Source of the DNA: an uncultured Thermoleophilia bacterium
Lineage (GTDB): Bacteria; Actinomycetota; Thermoleophilia; UBA2241
Assembly: GCA_963736645.1 (NCBI GenBank)
Contig: CAVTPJ010000002.1
Span: 266,779 to 330,778 of the forward strand
Direction of reading: 5' to 3'
Length of the DNA: 64,000 nt
In this document: piece after piece, positions 18,138 through 27,713 of the stretch
Position numbering within the stretch: position 1 is the stretch's first letter
Layout of the letters: each line of letters begins with the position of its first letter
The notes under the pieces: model-generated
Databases searched by the model: none
What the model was told of the DNA's origin: nothing
What the model saw: the letters and a program-made list of their open reading frames with translations, nothing else
Made by a program: the position numbers and the translations under genes

Positions 18138-19778
18138 CTACCTCCGCTTCTTACGCTTGCGGGACGTGGACGTGCGGCGTGAAGGGCTGCTGGTCCTGTT
18201 CGCCGGTGCGGGCCCGTCGCCGGTCGGGCCCGTCTCAGTGGCCGGTTCCGGAGCGGCGACTCGGGATCCTGTCGCAGCCCGGCCGCGAGACGCCGCCGCC
18301 CGTTGCCTCGCGACGACGCTGTTCTCGATCTGAGAGGGAGAGACGCCCATCAGCGACGGCCGGTTGAAGAACGCGAAGCCCGCGAGGACCCCGAGGATCG
18401 CACGCGTGAACAGCACGGCGGTGAACATGCTGACCACCACGCCGAGGATCAGGGTCACGGCGAAGCCCCTGGGCTGGGCGGTCGCGAAGATGAACAGCAC
18501 GACCGCCGTCAGGACCGTGAGGATGTTCGCGTCGAGGATGGTCTTGAAGCCGAGGGCGTACCCCGAGTTGACGGCGGACCGCACGGTCTTGCCGAGGCTG
18601 ACCTCTTCCTTGATGCGCTCGAAGATGACGACGTTGGCGTCGGCCGCGACGCCGATCGTCAGGATCAGGCCGGCGATACCGGGGAGGCTCAGCGTGACCG
18701 GGATGGCGTTGAAGAGCCCCCAGAGCAGGATGCCGTAGACGATGAGCGCGAGGTCGGCGACCAGGCCGAGGAAGCGGTAGTAGACGAGCATGTAGACGAG
18801 GACGAGACCGAGGCCGATGAGGCCGGCGACGAGCGCCTGATCCAGAGAGTCCTTGCCGAGCGTCGCCGACACCTGCTGCTGATAGGCGGTCTCGAGCTTC
18901 ACCGGCAAGGCGCCGGTGTTGAGGACGAACGCCAGGTCCTTGGACTCCTGGACGGTCATGTTGCCGCCGCTGATCTCGGCGCCGCCGCTGATGCCGTCGC
19001 GAAGGGTCGGATCCGTGTAGTCGATCATCGGATCCGACTCCATGACGTTGTCGAGCACGATGGCGAACGTCTGCGGCTCCTGCTTGAGCAGACCGGTACG
19101 GTAGAGCTCGCGCGTGATGTCCTGGAACTGCTTGCTGCCCTCACTCGTGAAGTCCATCAGCACGTTGGGCTTGCCGGTGGTGTTGTCGAAGCCGGCGCGC
19201 GCGCTCTTCACGGCGTCGCCGGTCATCGCCGGCGGGCGCTTGTAGACGTACCACGCCTCGGGAGTGTCGTTCTCGGTGTCGGCCGGCTGCTGGACCAGCG
19301 AGTGATCCTCGCTCGTCCCCTCCGTCTCGAGCAGCGCGATCTCCTCTTTGGAGACGCCGGTGCGGCGCAGCTCCTTGAGGGCGGCCTCCTTGCTCTCGAC
19401 GGGGCCGACCGGGCGAGACGCGGGGTCGTCCTTGAAGAACTCGAGCTGGGCCGTCTTGCCGATCACCGACAGAGCCTGCTCGGCGTCCGTGATCCCGGGC
19501 AACGCGATGGAGACCTGATCGGCGCCCTGCGTCTGGATCTGGGACTCCGTGACGCCGAGACCGTTGACTCGCCGGTCGAGGATGCCGACCGTCTGGTCGA
19601 GCTGCGACCGCGTGGGCGCCTTACCGTCCGCGGTCCTCGCCGTGTAGACGACCTCGAGGCCTCCCTGGAGGTCGAGGCCCAGACGCGTCTTCACGCTCGG
19701 CGGGATGATGTAGTACAGCGAGACCGCCACGAGGGCGGCCATCACGACGAGGATGATGAGGTTACGGTGTCTTCTCAC
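18138..19778 (-). CDS. secD: Protein translocase subunit SecD
   Basis: LGLDLQGG, RRVNGLGVTE, VSATLGKD, GVAADANVVIFERIKEE. Confidence 0.96.
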   Translation of the reverse strand: MRRHRNLIILVVMAALVAVSLYYIIPPSVKTRLGLDLQGGLEVVYTARTADGKAPTRSQLDQTVGILDRRVNGLGVTESQIQTQGADQVSIALPGITDAEQALSVIGKTAQLEFFKDDPASRPVGPVESKEAALKELRRTGVSKEEIALLETEGTSEDHSLVQQPADTENDTPEAWYVYKRPPAMTGDAVKSARAGFDNTTGKPNVLMDFTSEGSKQFQDITRELYRTGLLKQEPQTFAIVLDNVMESDPMIDYTDPTLRDGISGGAEISGGNMTVQESKDLAFVLNTGALPVKLETAYQQQVSATLGKDSLDQALVAGLIGLGLVLVYMLVYYRFLGLVADLALIVYGILLWGLFNAIPVTLSLPGIAGLILTIGVAADANVVIFERIKEEVSLGKTVRSAVNSGYALGFKTILDANILTVLTAVVLFIFATAQPRGFAVTLILGVVVSMFTAVLFTRAILGVLAGFAFFNRPSLMGVSPSQIENSVVARQRAAASRGRAATGSRVAAPEPATETGPTGDGPAPANRTSSPSRRTSTSRKRKKRR

Positions 19779-19822
19779 GTGTTCACGGCCTCGACGACCC
19801 TGCGGGGGCCGTCAGGCGGTAG

Positions 19823-19851
19823 AGCGTACCTGACCGCACAGGGGGGCGCAA
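19823..19851 (-). promoter_or_regulatory. Candidate secDF promoter
   Basis: TTGCGC (19851-19846), 17-nt spacer, TACGCT (19828-19823). Confidence 0.45.
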
Positions 19852-19913
19852 CTTGGCCGCCGGCAGCCCACGGCTGCGCGCGCAGGCGCCTGCAGACACC
19901 CGTGTCCGGACAC

Positions 19914-21002
19914 TCAGTGATCGCGCAGGAAGCTCGGGATGTCGAGGACGTCGTCGTCCACGTCGAACGACGGCTTGGACTCCTCGGAGAAGAGCGGCGT
20001 ACCCTTGGGCTCGCGCTCGCCGACCTCCTGCCTGGCCGGCTGCTCTCCGGCCGCCGGCCGGTCGAAGCCGGTCGCGATGACGGTGACGCGCACCTCGTCG
20101 CCGAGAGACGGATCGATGACGGCGCCGAAGATGATGTTGCAGTCGGCGTCGGCGGCGCTGCTGATGATCTCGGCGGACTCGTTGATCTCGAAGAGCCCGA
20201 GGTCGTTGCCGCCGGTGATGTTGAGCAGGATGCCTCGGGCGCCCTCTACGCTCGCCTCGAGGAGCGGCGAGCTGATCGCCGCCCGCGCCGCCTCGACGGC
20301 GCGGTTCTCGCCGCCGGCCACGCCGATGCCCATGAGCGCGGACCCCGCGTCCTTCATGATGGTGCGCACGTCGGCGAAGTCGAGGTTGATGAGCCCCGGC
20401 ACCGTGATGAGGTCGGTGATGCCCTGCACGCCCTGGCGCAGCACGTCGTCGGCGACCTTGAACGCCTCGATGACCGAGGTGCGACGCTCGACCACCTGGA
20501 GCAGCCTGTCGTTGGGGATGATGATCAGTGTGTCGACCTTCTCGCGCAGGCTCTGGATGCCGTCCTCCGCCTGGCGAGCGCGGCGCTTGCCCTCGAAGGC
20601 GAAGGGACGCGTGACGACGCCCACGGTGAGTGCCGCGAGCTCCTTGGCGAGCTCGGCGATGACGGGGGCGGCGCCCGTACCGGTGCCGCCGCCCTTGCCG
20701 GCGGTCACGAAGATCATGTCCGCGCCCTTGAGCGCGTCGCGCAGTTCGTCCTTGCTCTCCATGGCGGCCTGATAGCCGATGGTGGGGTTCGCGCCGGCGC
20801 CGAGGCCTCGCGTGATCTTGCTGCCGATGTGGATCTTGATGTCGGCGTCGCACATCTGCAGCGCCTGCGCGTCGGTGTTGACGGCGATGAATTCCACGCC
20901 GCGGAGCCCTGCGTCGACCATGCGGTTGACGGCGTTGGTGCCGCCGCCTCCGACGCCCACGACCTTGATGACGGCGAGATAGTTCGCTGACGCGTCGATC
21001 AT
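19914..21002 (-). CDS. ftsZ: Cell division protein FtsZ
   Basis: [37 protein letters not shown]-terminal DIPSFLR. Confidence 0.98.
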   Translation of the reverse strand: MIDASANYLAVIKVVGVGGGGTNAVNRMVDAGLRGVEFIAVNTDAQALQMCDADIKIHIGSKITRGLGAGANPTIGYQAAMESKDELRDALKGADMIFVTAGKGGGTGTGAAPVIAELAKELAALTVGVVTRPFAFEGKRRARQAEDGIQSLREKVDTLIIIPNDRLLQVVERRTSVIEAFKVADDVLRQGVQGITDLITVPGLINLDFADVRTIMKDAGSALMGIGVAGGENRAVEAARAAISSPLLEASVEGARGILLNITGGNDLGLFEINESAEIISSAADADCNIIFGAVIDPSLGDEVRVTVIATGFDRPAAGEQPARQEVGEREPKGTPLFSEESKPSFDVDDDVLDIPSFLRDH

Positions 21003-21177
21003 CGTGCTGACCCTCCTGTCGCGGTCGAGACTCGCCGTCGCGATCCCTGGCGAACCCTCAAGCCCGGCTTGAGTGTTACCCGTCTCATCTGCTCGAGCGG
21101 CGTGAAACCAGCCTCTTTGCAGCGATTCTTCACAACCCGGAACGGTCGGGAACTCCTGATGACCCGACCGTTGCCTT

Positions 21178-21206
21178 AACATACTGACGCCCCAAGGGGG
21201 TGTCAA
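21178..21206 (-). promoter_or_regulatory. Near-consensus sigma70 promoter upstream of ftsZ
   Basis: TTGACA (21206-21201), 17-nt spacer, TATGTT (21183-21178). Confidence 0.7.
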
Positions 21207-21271
21207 ACAGGGGCGCTGAGGACCCGGTCACGCGGCGCGGCTCGACCACAGCTTGAAGAGAGTCTCGACCA

Positions 21272-22195
21272 TCACTGGAGCACCGGCGTCGCCAGCGTCC
21301 TGTCCGGGAGTGAGACGTCGAGGCGGGCGCAGGTCTTGCCCGCGTCCTCGTAGCGGCGGAGGACGGTGCGCAACGCCACGGTCTTGGCGAGCGTGCGCTC
21401 CGAGTCGCCCCACACGGTGACCGGTCCGCCGACGAACCGCAGGGTGATCTGGCCCTCGTCGTCCTGCACGACGGCGAGCCGCCGACGGAGCGACCGGGGC
21501 AGCGCCGTGATCACCTTGAGCATCTCCGCAACGGCCGGGTCGCGGACGACGCTCCCCGCGCGCACGCGCCCCGACACCGACATCCGGGGCAGTCGCAACT
21601 CCGCGTCCGACGGGCCGGCGAGCAGCCGCTGCAGCGACGAGCCGTCGGCGGGGGCGGCTGTGACCTTCCCCGTCCCTGCGTCTCCCGTCGCCTGGGATCC
21701 GGCCGCCGATGCGGCGGCGGCGGACGGAGATGCGGCAGGAGAAGGCTTCGGCGACGGGGGATGCCCCGGGGTCTGCCTCGCCGCCGCCGCGGCCGTGCAG
21801 ATCACGTAGCCGTACCGGTCCAGCACGTACCACCGGCCCCCGGCCAGCGCGTAGGCCGCCGGGACGTGCTCGGCGACGGTGACGGCGAGCGTGTCCGGAA
21901 ACGCACGGTCGATCGAGACGGCGGAGACGAAGCAGAGGGGGCGCAGACTCGAGCGGACGTCACCGGCCGTGACCGTGAAGAGGTTGCGGCCGACGTAGTC
22001 CTTGCGCAGCAGACGAAGCGCCCGCTTCTCGGGCACGAGGCGCGTACCGGCCACCTTCACGCGGACGATGTCGAACGACGATGAGCTACGGCCCCAGGCG
22101 TACACGACGGAGGGCACTCCCAGAATGGCCAAGGTCAGGAGGATGGTGGGAAGCAGCCGGAATCTCGGGCGGCTCGCCCCGCGTGCCCTCGTCAT
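21272..22195 (-). CDS. ftsQ: FtsQ/DivIB-like division protein
   Basis: Single TM, POTRA-like VRVKVAGT...IDRAFPDTLAVTVAEH, C-term LDVSLPDR; between murC and ftsZ. Confidence 0.82.
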   Translation of the reverse strand: MTRARGASRPRFRLLPTILLTLAILGVPSVVYAWGRSSSSFDIVRVKVAGTRLVPEKRALRLLRKDYVGRNLFTVTAGDVRSSLRPLCFVSAVSIDRAFPDTLAVTVAEHVPAAYALAGGRWYVLDRYGYVICTAAAAARQTPGHPPSPKPSPAASPSAAAASAAGSQATGDAGTGKVTAAPADGSSLQRLLAGPSDAELRLPRMSVSGRVRAGSVVRDPAVAEMLKVITALPRSLRRRLAVVQDDEGQITLRFVGGPVTVWGDSERTLAKTVALRTVLRRYEDAGKTCARLDVSLPDRTLATPVLQ

Positions 22196-22233
22196 GGCGC
22201 CGGCCCTCGGTCGTGGTTGGGAAGTACGCGTCA

Positions 22234-23646
22234 CTATTCGGCGCCGGCAGCCTCGTTCCCTTGCGCCTCGAGCGTGGCGAGGAGCTGCTCGCCGGCGTGG
22301 AAGACGTCGCCGGCGCCGAGCGTGAGGACGAGGTCGCCGGGGCGCACCCGGGGCGCCAGCCGGGCGACGACGTCGCTGAGCCGGGGCAGGAAGGAGACGG
22401 GCCCGCCGGGCCGCTCGGTCAGGTAGGCGTCGACGATCAGCTTGCCGCTGACGCCGGGCTCCGGCTCCTCGCGAGACGGGAAGATCTCCGTGACGATCGC
22501 CTCGTCGGCGAGCGTGAGTGCGCGGCCGAACTCCCGCTGCAGGTAGCGGGTGCGGGAGAACAGGTGCGGCTGGAAGACCGCGATGACCCGCCCGTGACCG
22601 CCGTTCTTCGCCGCGGTGAGCGTCGCGGCGATCTCTGTGGGGTGGTGGGCGTAGTCGTCGACGACCACGACGCCCTCGTACTCGCCCTTGTGCTGATACC
22701 GGCGGGCGGCGCCGCTGAAGGACAGGAGGTGCGGCGCCGCGTCCTCCGGCGAGACCCCTGCGTGCCGCAGCACGGCGAGCGCCGTCAGCGCGTTCAGGAC
22801 GTTGTGCTCGCCCGGCACACGCAGCTGGATCCGGGCGAGCTCGACCCCGGCCGCGTCGCGGACGGTGAACCGGCTGCCGCGGTCGTCGACCTCCTCGATC
22901 TCGGCGCGCAGGTCCCCGGCCTCGATGCCGACGACGACCACCTGCGCCCGCGTGTGCGCGGCCAGCTCCTCCCCGCCGCTGCCGGCGACGAGCACCAGCA
23001 GGCCGTCCTCGGGCAGCAGGGCGACGAAGCGGCGGAAGACGTCGTGCACGTCGTCGAGGCAGCCGTAGTTGGCGTGGTGATCGAGCTCGACGTTGCTCAC
23101 GATGGCCACTTCGGGGCGCAGGTAGAGCAGGCTCCCGTCGCTCTCGTCGGCCTCGGCCACGAGCCACTCGCCCTGGCCGACGCCCGCGTTGGAGCCGATG
23201 TCGTTGAGCTCGCCGCCGACCAGGAAGGTCGGGTCGAGCCCGGCCTGCCGCAGGACGTGAGAGATCATCGACGAGGTCGTGGTCTTGCCGTGCGTGCCGG
23301 CGACGGCGATGCCGCGACGCATGGCCATGACGCGGGCGAGCATCTCCGCGCGCCGCAGCACCGGCAGGCCGGCCGCGCGTGCGGCGCGCACCTCGGGGTT
23401 GCCCTCGGCGATGGCCGAGGAGGTCACGACCAGCGCGGCGTCACCCAGGTTGGCGGCGTCGTGACCGACGACGACGGGGACGCCCGCCTTGGTCAGGTGC
23501 CGGGTGTAGCGCGACGCCTTGAGGTCCGAGCCGCGCACGTCGACGCCCAGCTCCGCGAGCACCATGGCGATGCCGCTCATGCCGGCGCCCCCGATACCGA
23601 TGAAGTGGACCGGCTGCGGGAAGTCCCTGGCCGCTGCGTCGTTCAT
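22234..23646 (-). CDS. murC: UDP-N-acetylmuramate-L-alanine ligase
   Basis: HFIGIGGAGMSGIA, AGTHGKTTT, EADESDGS, DDYAHHPTEI. Confidence 0.97.
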   Translation of the reverse strand: MNDAAARDFPQPVHFIGIGGAGMSGIAMVLAELGVDVRGSDLKASRYTRHLTKAGVPVVVGHDAANLGDAALVVTSSAIAEGNPEVRAARAAGLPVLRRAEMLARVMAMRRGIAVAGTHGKTTTSSMISHVLRQAGLDPTFLVGGELNDIGSNAGVGQGEWLVAEADESDGSLLYLRPEVAIVSNVELDHHANYGCLDDVHDVFRRFVALLPEDGLLVLVAGSGGEELAAHTRAQVVVVGIEAGDLRAEIEEVDDRGSRFTVRDAAGVELARIQLRVPGEHNVLNALTALAVLRHAGVSPEDAAPHLLSFSGAARRYQHKGEYEGVVVVDDYAHHPTEIAATLTAAKNGGHGRVIAVFQPHLFSRTRYLQREFGRALTLADEAIVTEIFPSREEPEPGVSGKLIVDAYLTERPGGPVSFLPRLSDVVARLAPRVRPGDLVLTLGAGDVFHAGEQLLATLEAQGNEAAGAE

Positions 23647-24749
23647 TGAGCCCCTCGCCTCGTCAGGATGTCCTCCACCTGGTCCGCCACGCGCTGCGCG
23701 GCGTCGGGCCTGCCCAGCGCCGCGCTGGACGCGGCCATGGCGGCCAGGCGCCCGCGGTCGCCCAGCAGCTCGGCGGTCAGCCGGGCCAGCAGCGCGCCGT
23801 CGAGGTCGGCGTCGTCGACCAGGATCGCCGCGCCGCCCGCGACCATCTCCTGCGCGTTCTTGCGCTGGTGGTCGGCGGTCGCGTGCGGGTAGGGCACCAG
23901 GATCGCCGGCTTGCCGAGAGCGGCGAGCTCGGCGACGGAACCGCCCGAGCGCGCCACGACCAGGTCGGCCGCCGCCATGGCGGCGGCCAGGCGGTCAGTG
24001 TAGGGCACCAGGCGATAGCGCTCAAACCGCTCGCCGCGCTCCTCCAGCTCACGGCGCACCTGCTCGGCGTTGCGCGGCCCACAGACGTGGACGAGCTGGA
24101 ACGGCAGCTCCTTGCCGCCGAAGGCGGCGATGCAGGCGCGGTTCAGGCTCTGCGCGCCCTGGCTGCCGCCGAAGGCGAGCACCACCGGGAGGTCCGGCCG
24201 CAACGCGAAGACGACGCGGCCGTCCTCGGCCGTGGCCTCCAGCTGCGCCGGACCCAGCGGCCGCCCCGTCACGACGTACCGGGGCGGCGCCAGGCCTTCG
24301 ATCGGGAAGCTGAGGCAGAAGCGCTTGACGAACGGCCGCAGCAACTGGTTGGCGACGCCCAGGTGGGCGTCGGCCTCGAGCGCCAGGCCGGGCACGCCGT
24401 GGAGCGCCGCCACGGCGACGACCGGCCCACTGGCGAAGCCGCCCCCGCCGACGGCGACGTCCGGCCGTGTCTCGGCGAGCACGCGCCGGACGCGCGGCAC
24501 GGCGGCGGCGAGCAGCTTGAAGGTGTGCGCGTAGGCGCGGACGTCGACGCGCCGCTCGAACCCCGTGAGCTCGAGCGCGTAGGTCACGTACTGCTCACGG
24601 ACGCGCTCGACCTGCGACGGCGTCGTCACGACGACGACACGCGCGCCGCGGGCCTGCGCCTCAGCCGCGACGGCGAGCGCCGGCTGCAGGTGACCTCCGG
24701 TCCCCCCCGCTGCCAGCAGTACGGTCGCGCCGCTGAGCGCCGACGGCAA
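23643..24749 (-). CDS. murG: Undecaprenyl-PP-MurNAc-pentapeptide GlcNAc transferase
   Basis: AAGGTGGH, GGGFASGP, FGGSQGA, RSGGSVAEL; TTG start at 24749 with AAGGAG RBS, both inside the left direct repeat. Confidence 0.95.
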   Translation of the reverse strand: MPSALSGATVLLAAGGTGGHLQPALAVAAEAQARGARVVVVTTPSQVERVREQYVTYALELTGFERRVDVRAYAHTFKLLAAAVPRVRRVLAETRPDVAVGGGGFASGPVVAVAALHGVPGLALEADAHLGVANQLLRPFVKRFCLSFPIEGLAPPRYVVTGRPLGPAQLEATAEDGRVVFALRPDLPVVLAFGGSQGAQSLNRACIAAFGGKELPFQLVHVCGPRNAEQVRRELEERGERFERYRLVPYTDRLAAAMAAADLVVARSGGSVAELAALGKPAILVPYPHATADHQRKNAQEMVAGGAAILVDDADLDGALLARLTAELLGDRGRLAAMAASSAALGRPDAAQRVADQVEDILTRRGAQ

Positions 24750-24761
24750 TGTGACTCCTTC
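24746..24761 (+). repeat. Left 16-bp direct repeat of the island (GCAATGTGACTCCTTC)
   Basis: Identical to 54029-54044; flanking bases differ on both sides. Confidence 0.9.
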
Positions 24762-24885
24762 TCCGTATCTCCGGTGCATGGAGGGCTCTCTGCCACTCCG
24801 TGCCGAGCCTACCTATCCCATTCTGTCATGGGTTGTCCCCACCTGCTCTTCGCAGGTTCTGGCAGCGGGAGGGCATTGAAAGAGG

Positions 24886-25059
24886 ATGCCGACTGCCGCA
24901 AGCGCGAAGCGCGCGATAGCGGTCCTCAGGCAGCGCCTCGCAGAGTTCCATGCCGACCACATCCAGCCGCGCAGCAGAGGTCGCAGGACGCCTGTGACAA
25001 ATGGCGGCATGCTGTGCGCCCAGTGCGGCCAACAGCTTGAGGACACCCAGGCTTTCTAG
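24886..25059 (+). pseudogene. Degenerate HNH endonuclease fragment (57 aa)
   Basis: Manual translation ...EFHADHIQPRSRGRRTPVTNGGMLCAQCGQ... resembles the HNH consensus DHIxPxSxGG...N..xLCxxCN. Confidence 0.6.
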
Positions 25060-25241
25060 TCTCTGAGCGCAGGCAACGTCACACCAGCTGATGGTGGCCC
25101 TCCAGATGGAGGCTAGTCCGACGCACCCCTAACGGCTCACGAGGATCGGCGCCAATTCCTGTGGCGGCTGGCGCCTCCGAATCTGATGGCCATTGACTCG
25201 CCGAAGTCTGAGCGGGCCGCCCTCCAAGCCGCCACTGACTC

Positions 25242-27626
25242 TCACACGACCCTTGCGCGTCCTTCGACGAAGCGCGCAATCGCCGCCGCCTGGCTCTCCC
25301 CATCCAGCCCCGCCTCCCGCAGCACCGCCTCCCCCTGCCCGCTGCCAAGGTAGTGGCCGTGACGGTAGGGATGCAGGCTTGCGGCCAGGCCGGCGTCGGA
25401 GCGCACCCAGCGGAACAGGGTCGGCAGCGTGAACCCAGTGATGCCGATTGCCTGCCGGCCGCGCTCCTCAGGGAGGATCTCCCGCTGGCGCTCCACCGGA
25501 AGGAGATCGAAGAGCTCGGCGCTGGCGACGTAGTAGACCAACGAGTCGATGCCCTTCTCGGCGAGCAGAGGCAGCGCCTCCTCGACGAAGGCGTAGGTGA
25601 CGGCGCTCTCCTGCAGGACAACGGTCACGTCGGGGGCACCTCTGGGCTCGCGCAGCACGTACACGCCTTCGACTGCGGCGACGGCCGGCGCGAGACCGAG
25701 CGCCTCGCGGTCGGGCACCGTCTCGCTCGGCCTCGTCACGAAGGCGGAGATCACGGCGGGGCGCTTCGAGATCGCCGTCGCGAGCAGCGGCCAGATCTCC
25801 TGTGGCTCCCACGGCGTGAGCGAGATGGCTGTACCCGCGCGGGAAGTCCTGCTGCAGCAACTGCAGGGCCTGGGGGTCGGCGTGAGTCGGGACCGTCCTC
25901 ACCGGTCTTCAGGCCGGCGTGGCCGCAGACGAGCACGATCGGATTGAAGGGCTCACCGCTCGCGGCCTGCCGTGCCTGCTGGCCGATGGCGTGCAGGCGC
26001 GCAGGGATGTGCCCGAGCGGCGCCATGAAGGCGCCGTAGGACGAGCCCACCCCGACGGCGTGGCCGAAGCTGGCGATGCCCGCAAGCACGCCGGTGATGG
26101 CGTCCTCGCAGATGCCGCCGACGGAGAGCTGTCGCGCCTCCGGGTTGACGTGCGCGTTCCAGAAGCCGCTCGGGAAGTCTGCGCCGACCATGTCGACGCT
26201 GGTCGAGCCGAGCAGGTCGGCGGAGGCCGAGAGCACGGCGCCACCGGAGGCCGCGTTCAGGTGGCCGAGAGCGCGGCCAAGCTCGGCGCGCAGCGTCGTG
26301 GACGCGCCGGGCTCGAGGCGCAGCGCGCCGGGGACGCGGTCCCCGGATCCGGCCGCTGCCGCGGCGAAGACGGCGGCCACGTCGGAAGCGACTCGTCGCG
26401 GCGCACGGCTGCGGGCGTCGAGGCGCTCGCGCGCCGCCCGAAGCCGGCCCGCCATGGCCTCGGTCAGCGGCTCGTCGCGCTCGAGCAGCGTGCGCAGCAC
26501 CTCGAGCGCCTCCCACAGGCAGGCCTCGCGCACAGCCGGCCCATCATTCCCGCGCTGGCAGCGCGGATCGCTCGCGTCGCAGGTCGGCAGCGCCAGCTCG
26601 GCGGCCGCGTTACCGACCTATGAGCTCGGCGAGCGCCGCGTAGTAGCCCTCGGAGCAGAGCTTGTGGCCGGCGCCATGGCTTGCCTTGCCCTCGACACCG
26701 TAGCGCCAGCCCTTCACGGTGCGGTAGACGATCGCCGTCGGCTGACCGCTGGTGAGCTCAGCGCGTCGGCGCTGGGCAGCGACGATCTGCTGGAAGTCGA
26801 AGCCGTCGGGCACGTAGATGACGTTCCAGTCGTGCAGGTAGAAGAGCTCGCGCGGGTCCCACTGCACGTAGTCGCCGGGCGCGCTGCCGTCCCGGCAGAC
26901 GCGCTCCGAGTCGATCGAGGCCTGATTCCAGTCGAGGTGCAGGACGACATTGTCGAGTCCGGCGGTGCCGGCGGCCGCTAGTGCTTCAGCCACGCGGCCC
27001 GGAGTGAGCCCGCCTTCGCCCTCGATGATGTGCACGCGCGGCGCGTCCTCACCGTAGCGGTCGCGCGCACCCAAGCCGAGGCCGATGGAGCTGGCGACGC
27101 CGACGCCGGAGGCGCCGGTGGCCAGGCGCACGAACGGGGTCGCCGGCGTCGGGTGCCCATCGAGTGCCCTGGAACCGAACTTGAGGAAGAGCGGCGTCGC
27201 GGTGATCGGGTTGCGGCGAAAGCCAAGCAGGTCCTCAAGCCGCAGGCGCTCGTGGTCGTCTTCGGGAAGGAGCCCCGGGTCCCCGATGCGCGCCAGTTCG
27301 TCGCGCAGCGCCCACATCGCGTACAGGCCCATCGCCTTGTGGCCGGCGGCGTAGGAGACGATATCCGCGTCATCGCGGTCCGGCGTGCCGAGGTCGTAGT
27401 CCAAGGAGTCGTAGAGGAGAGCCGCGACGAAGCGCCCCGAGGAGATCGAACCGCCCGGGTGGCCAGAAGTCGGCACGTAGTTGAAGAGCATTGCGCAGAG
27501 CGAGCGATAGGCGAGGTCCAGATTCTCGAAGGCGGCCAGATCGGCTGCGCCCAGCACCCCGTCTGGAGTCATCACCTCGGTGACGTCGAGGTAGGTCCCC
27601 CGTCTCGCTCCTAAGGTGAATCCCAT
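25242..27626 (-). pseudogene. tkt: Transketolase-family protein with three +1 frameshifts (pseudogene or sequencing indels)
   Basis: SGHPGGSIS, GHPTP, GEGGLTPG...DWNQASID, SADLLGS, GICEDAI, HAGLKTGEDGP-THADPQ spread over four successive frames. Confidence 0.8.
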
Positions 27627-27713
27627 GATCTCCGTTCCTCTCCGCTGGTGCCTCAGCGACCCAGCCGCTCTCCGATTGCCTGCGGCGCTGCGCGCGCAGG
27701 CTTCACGGGCGCC

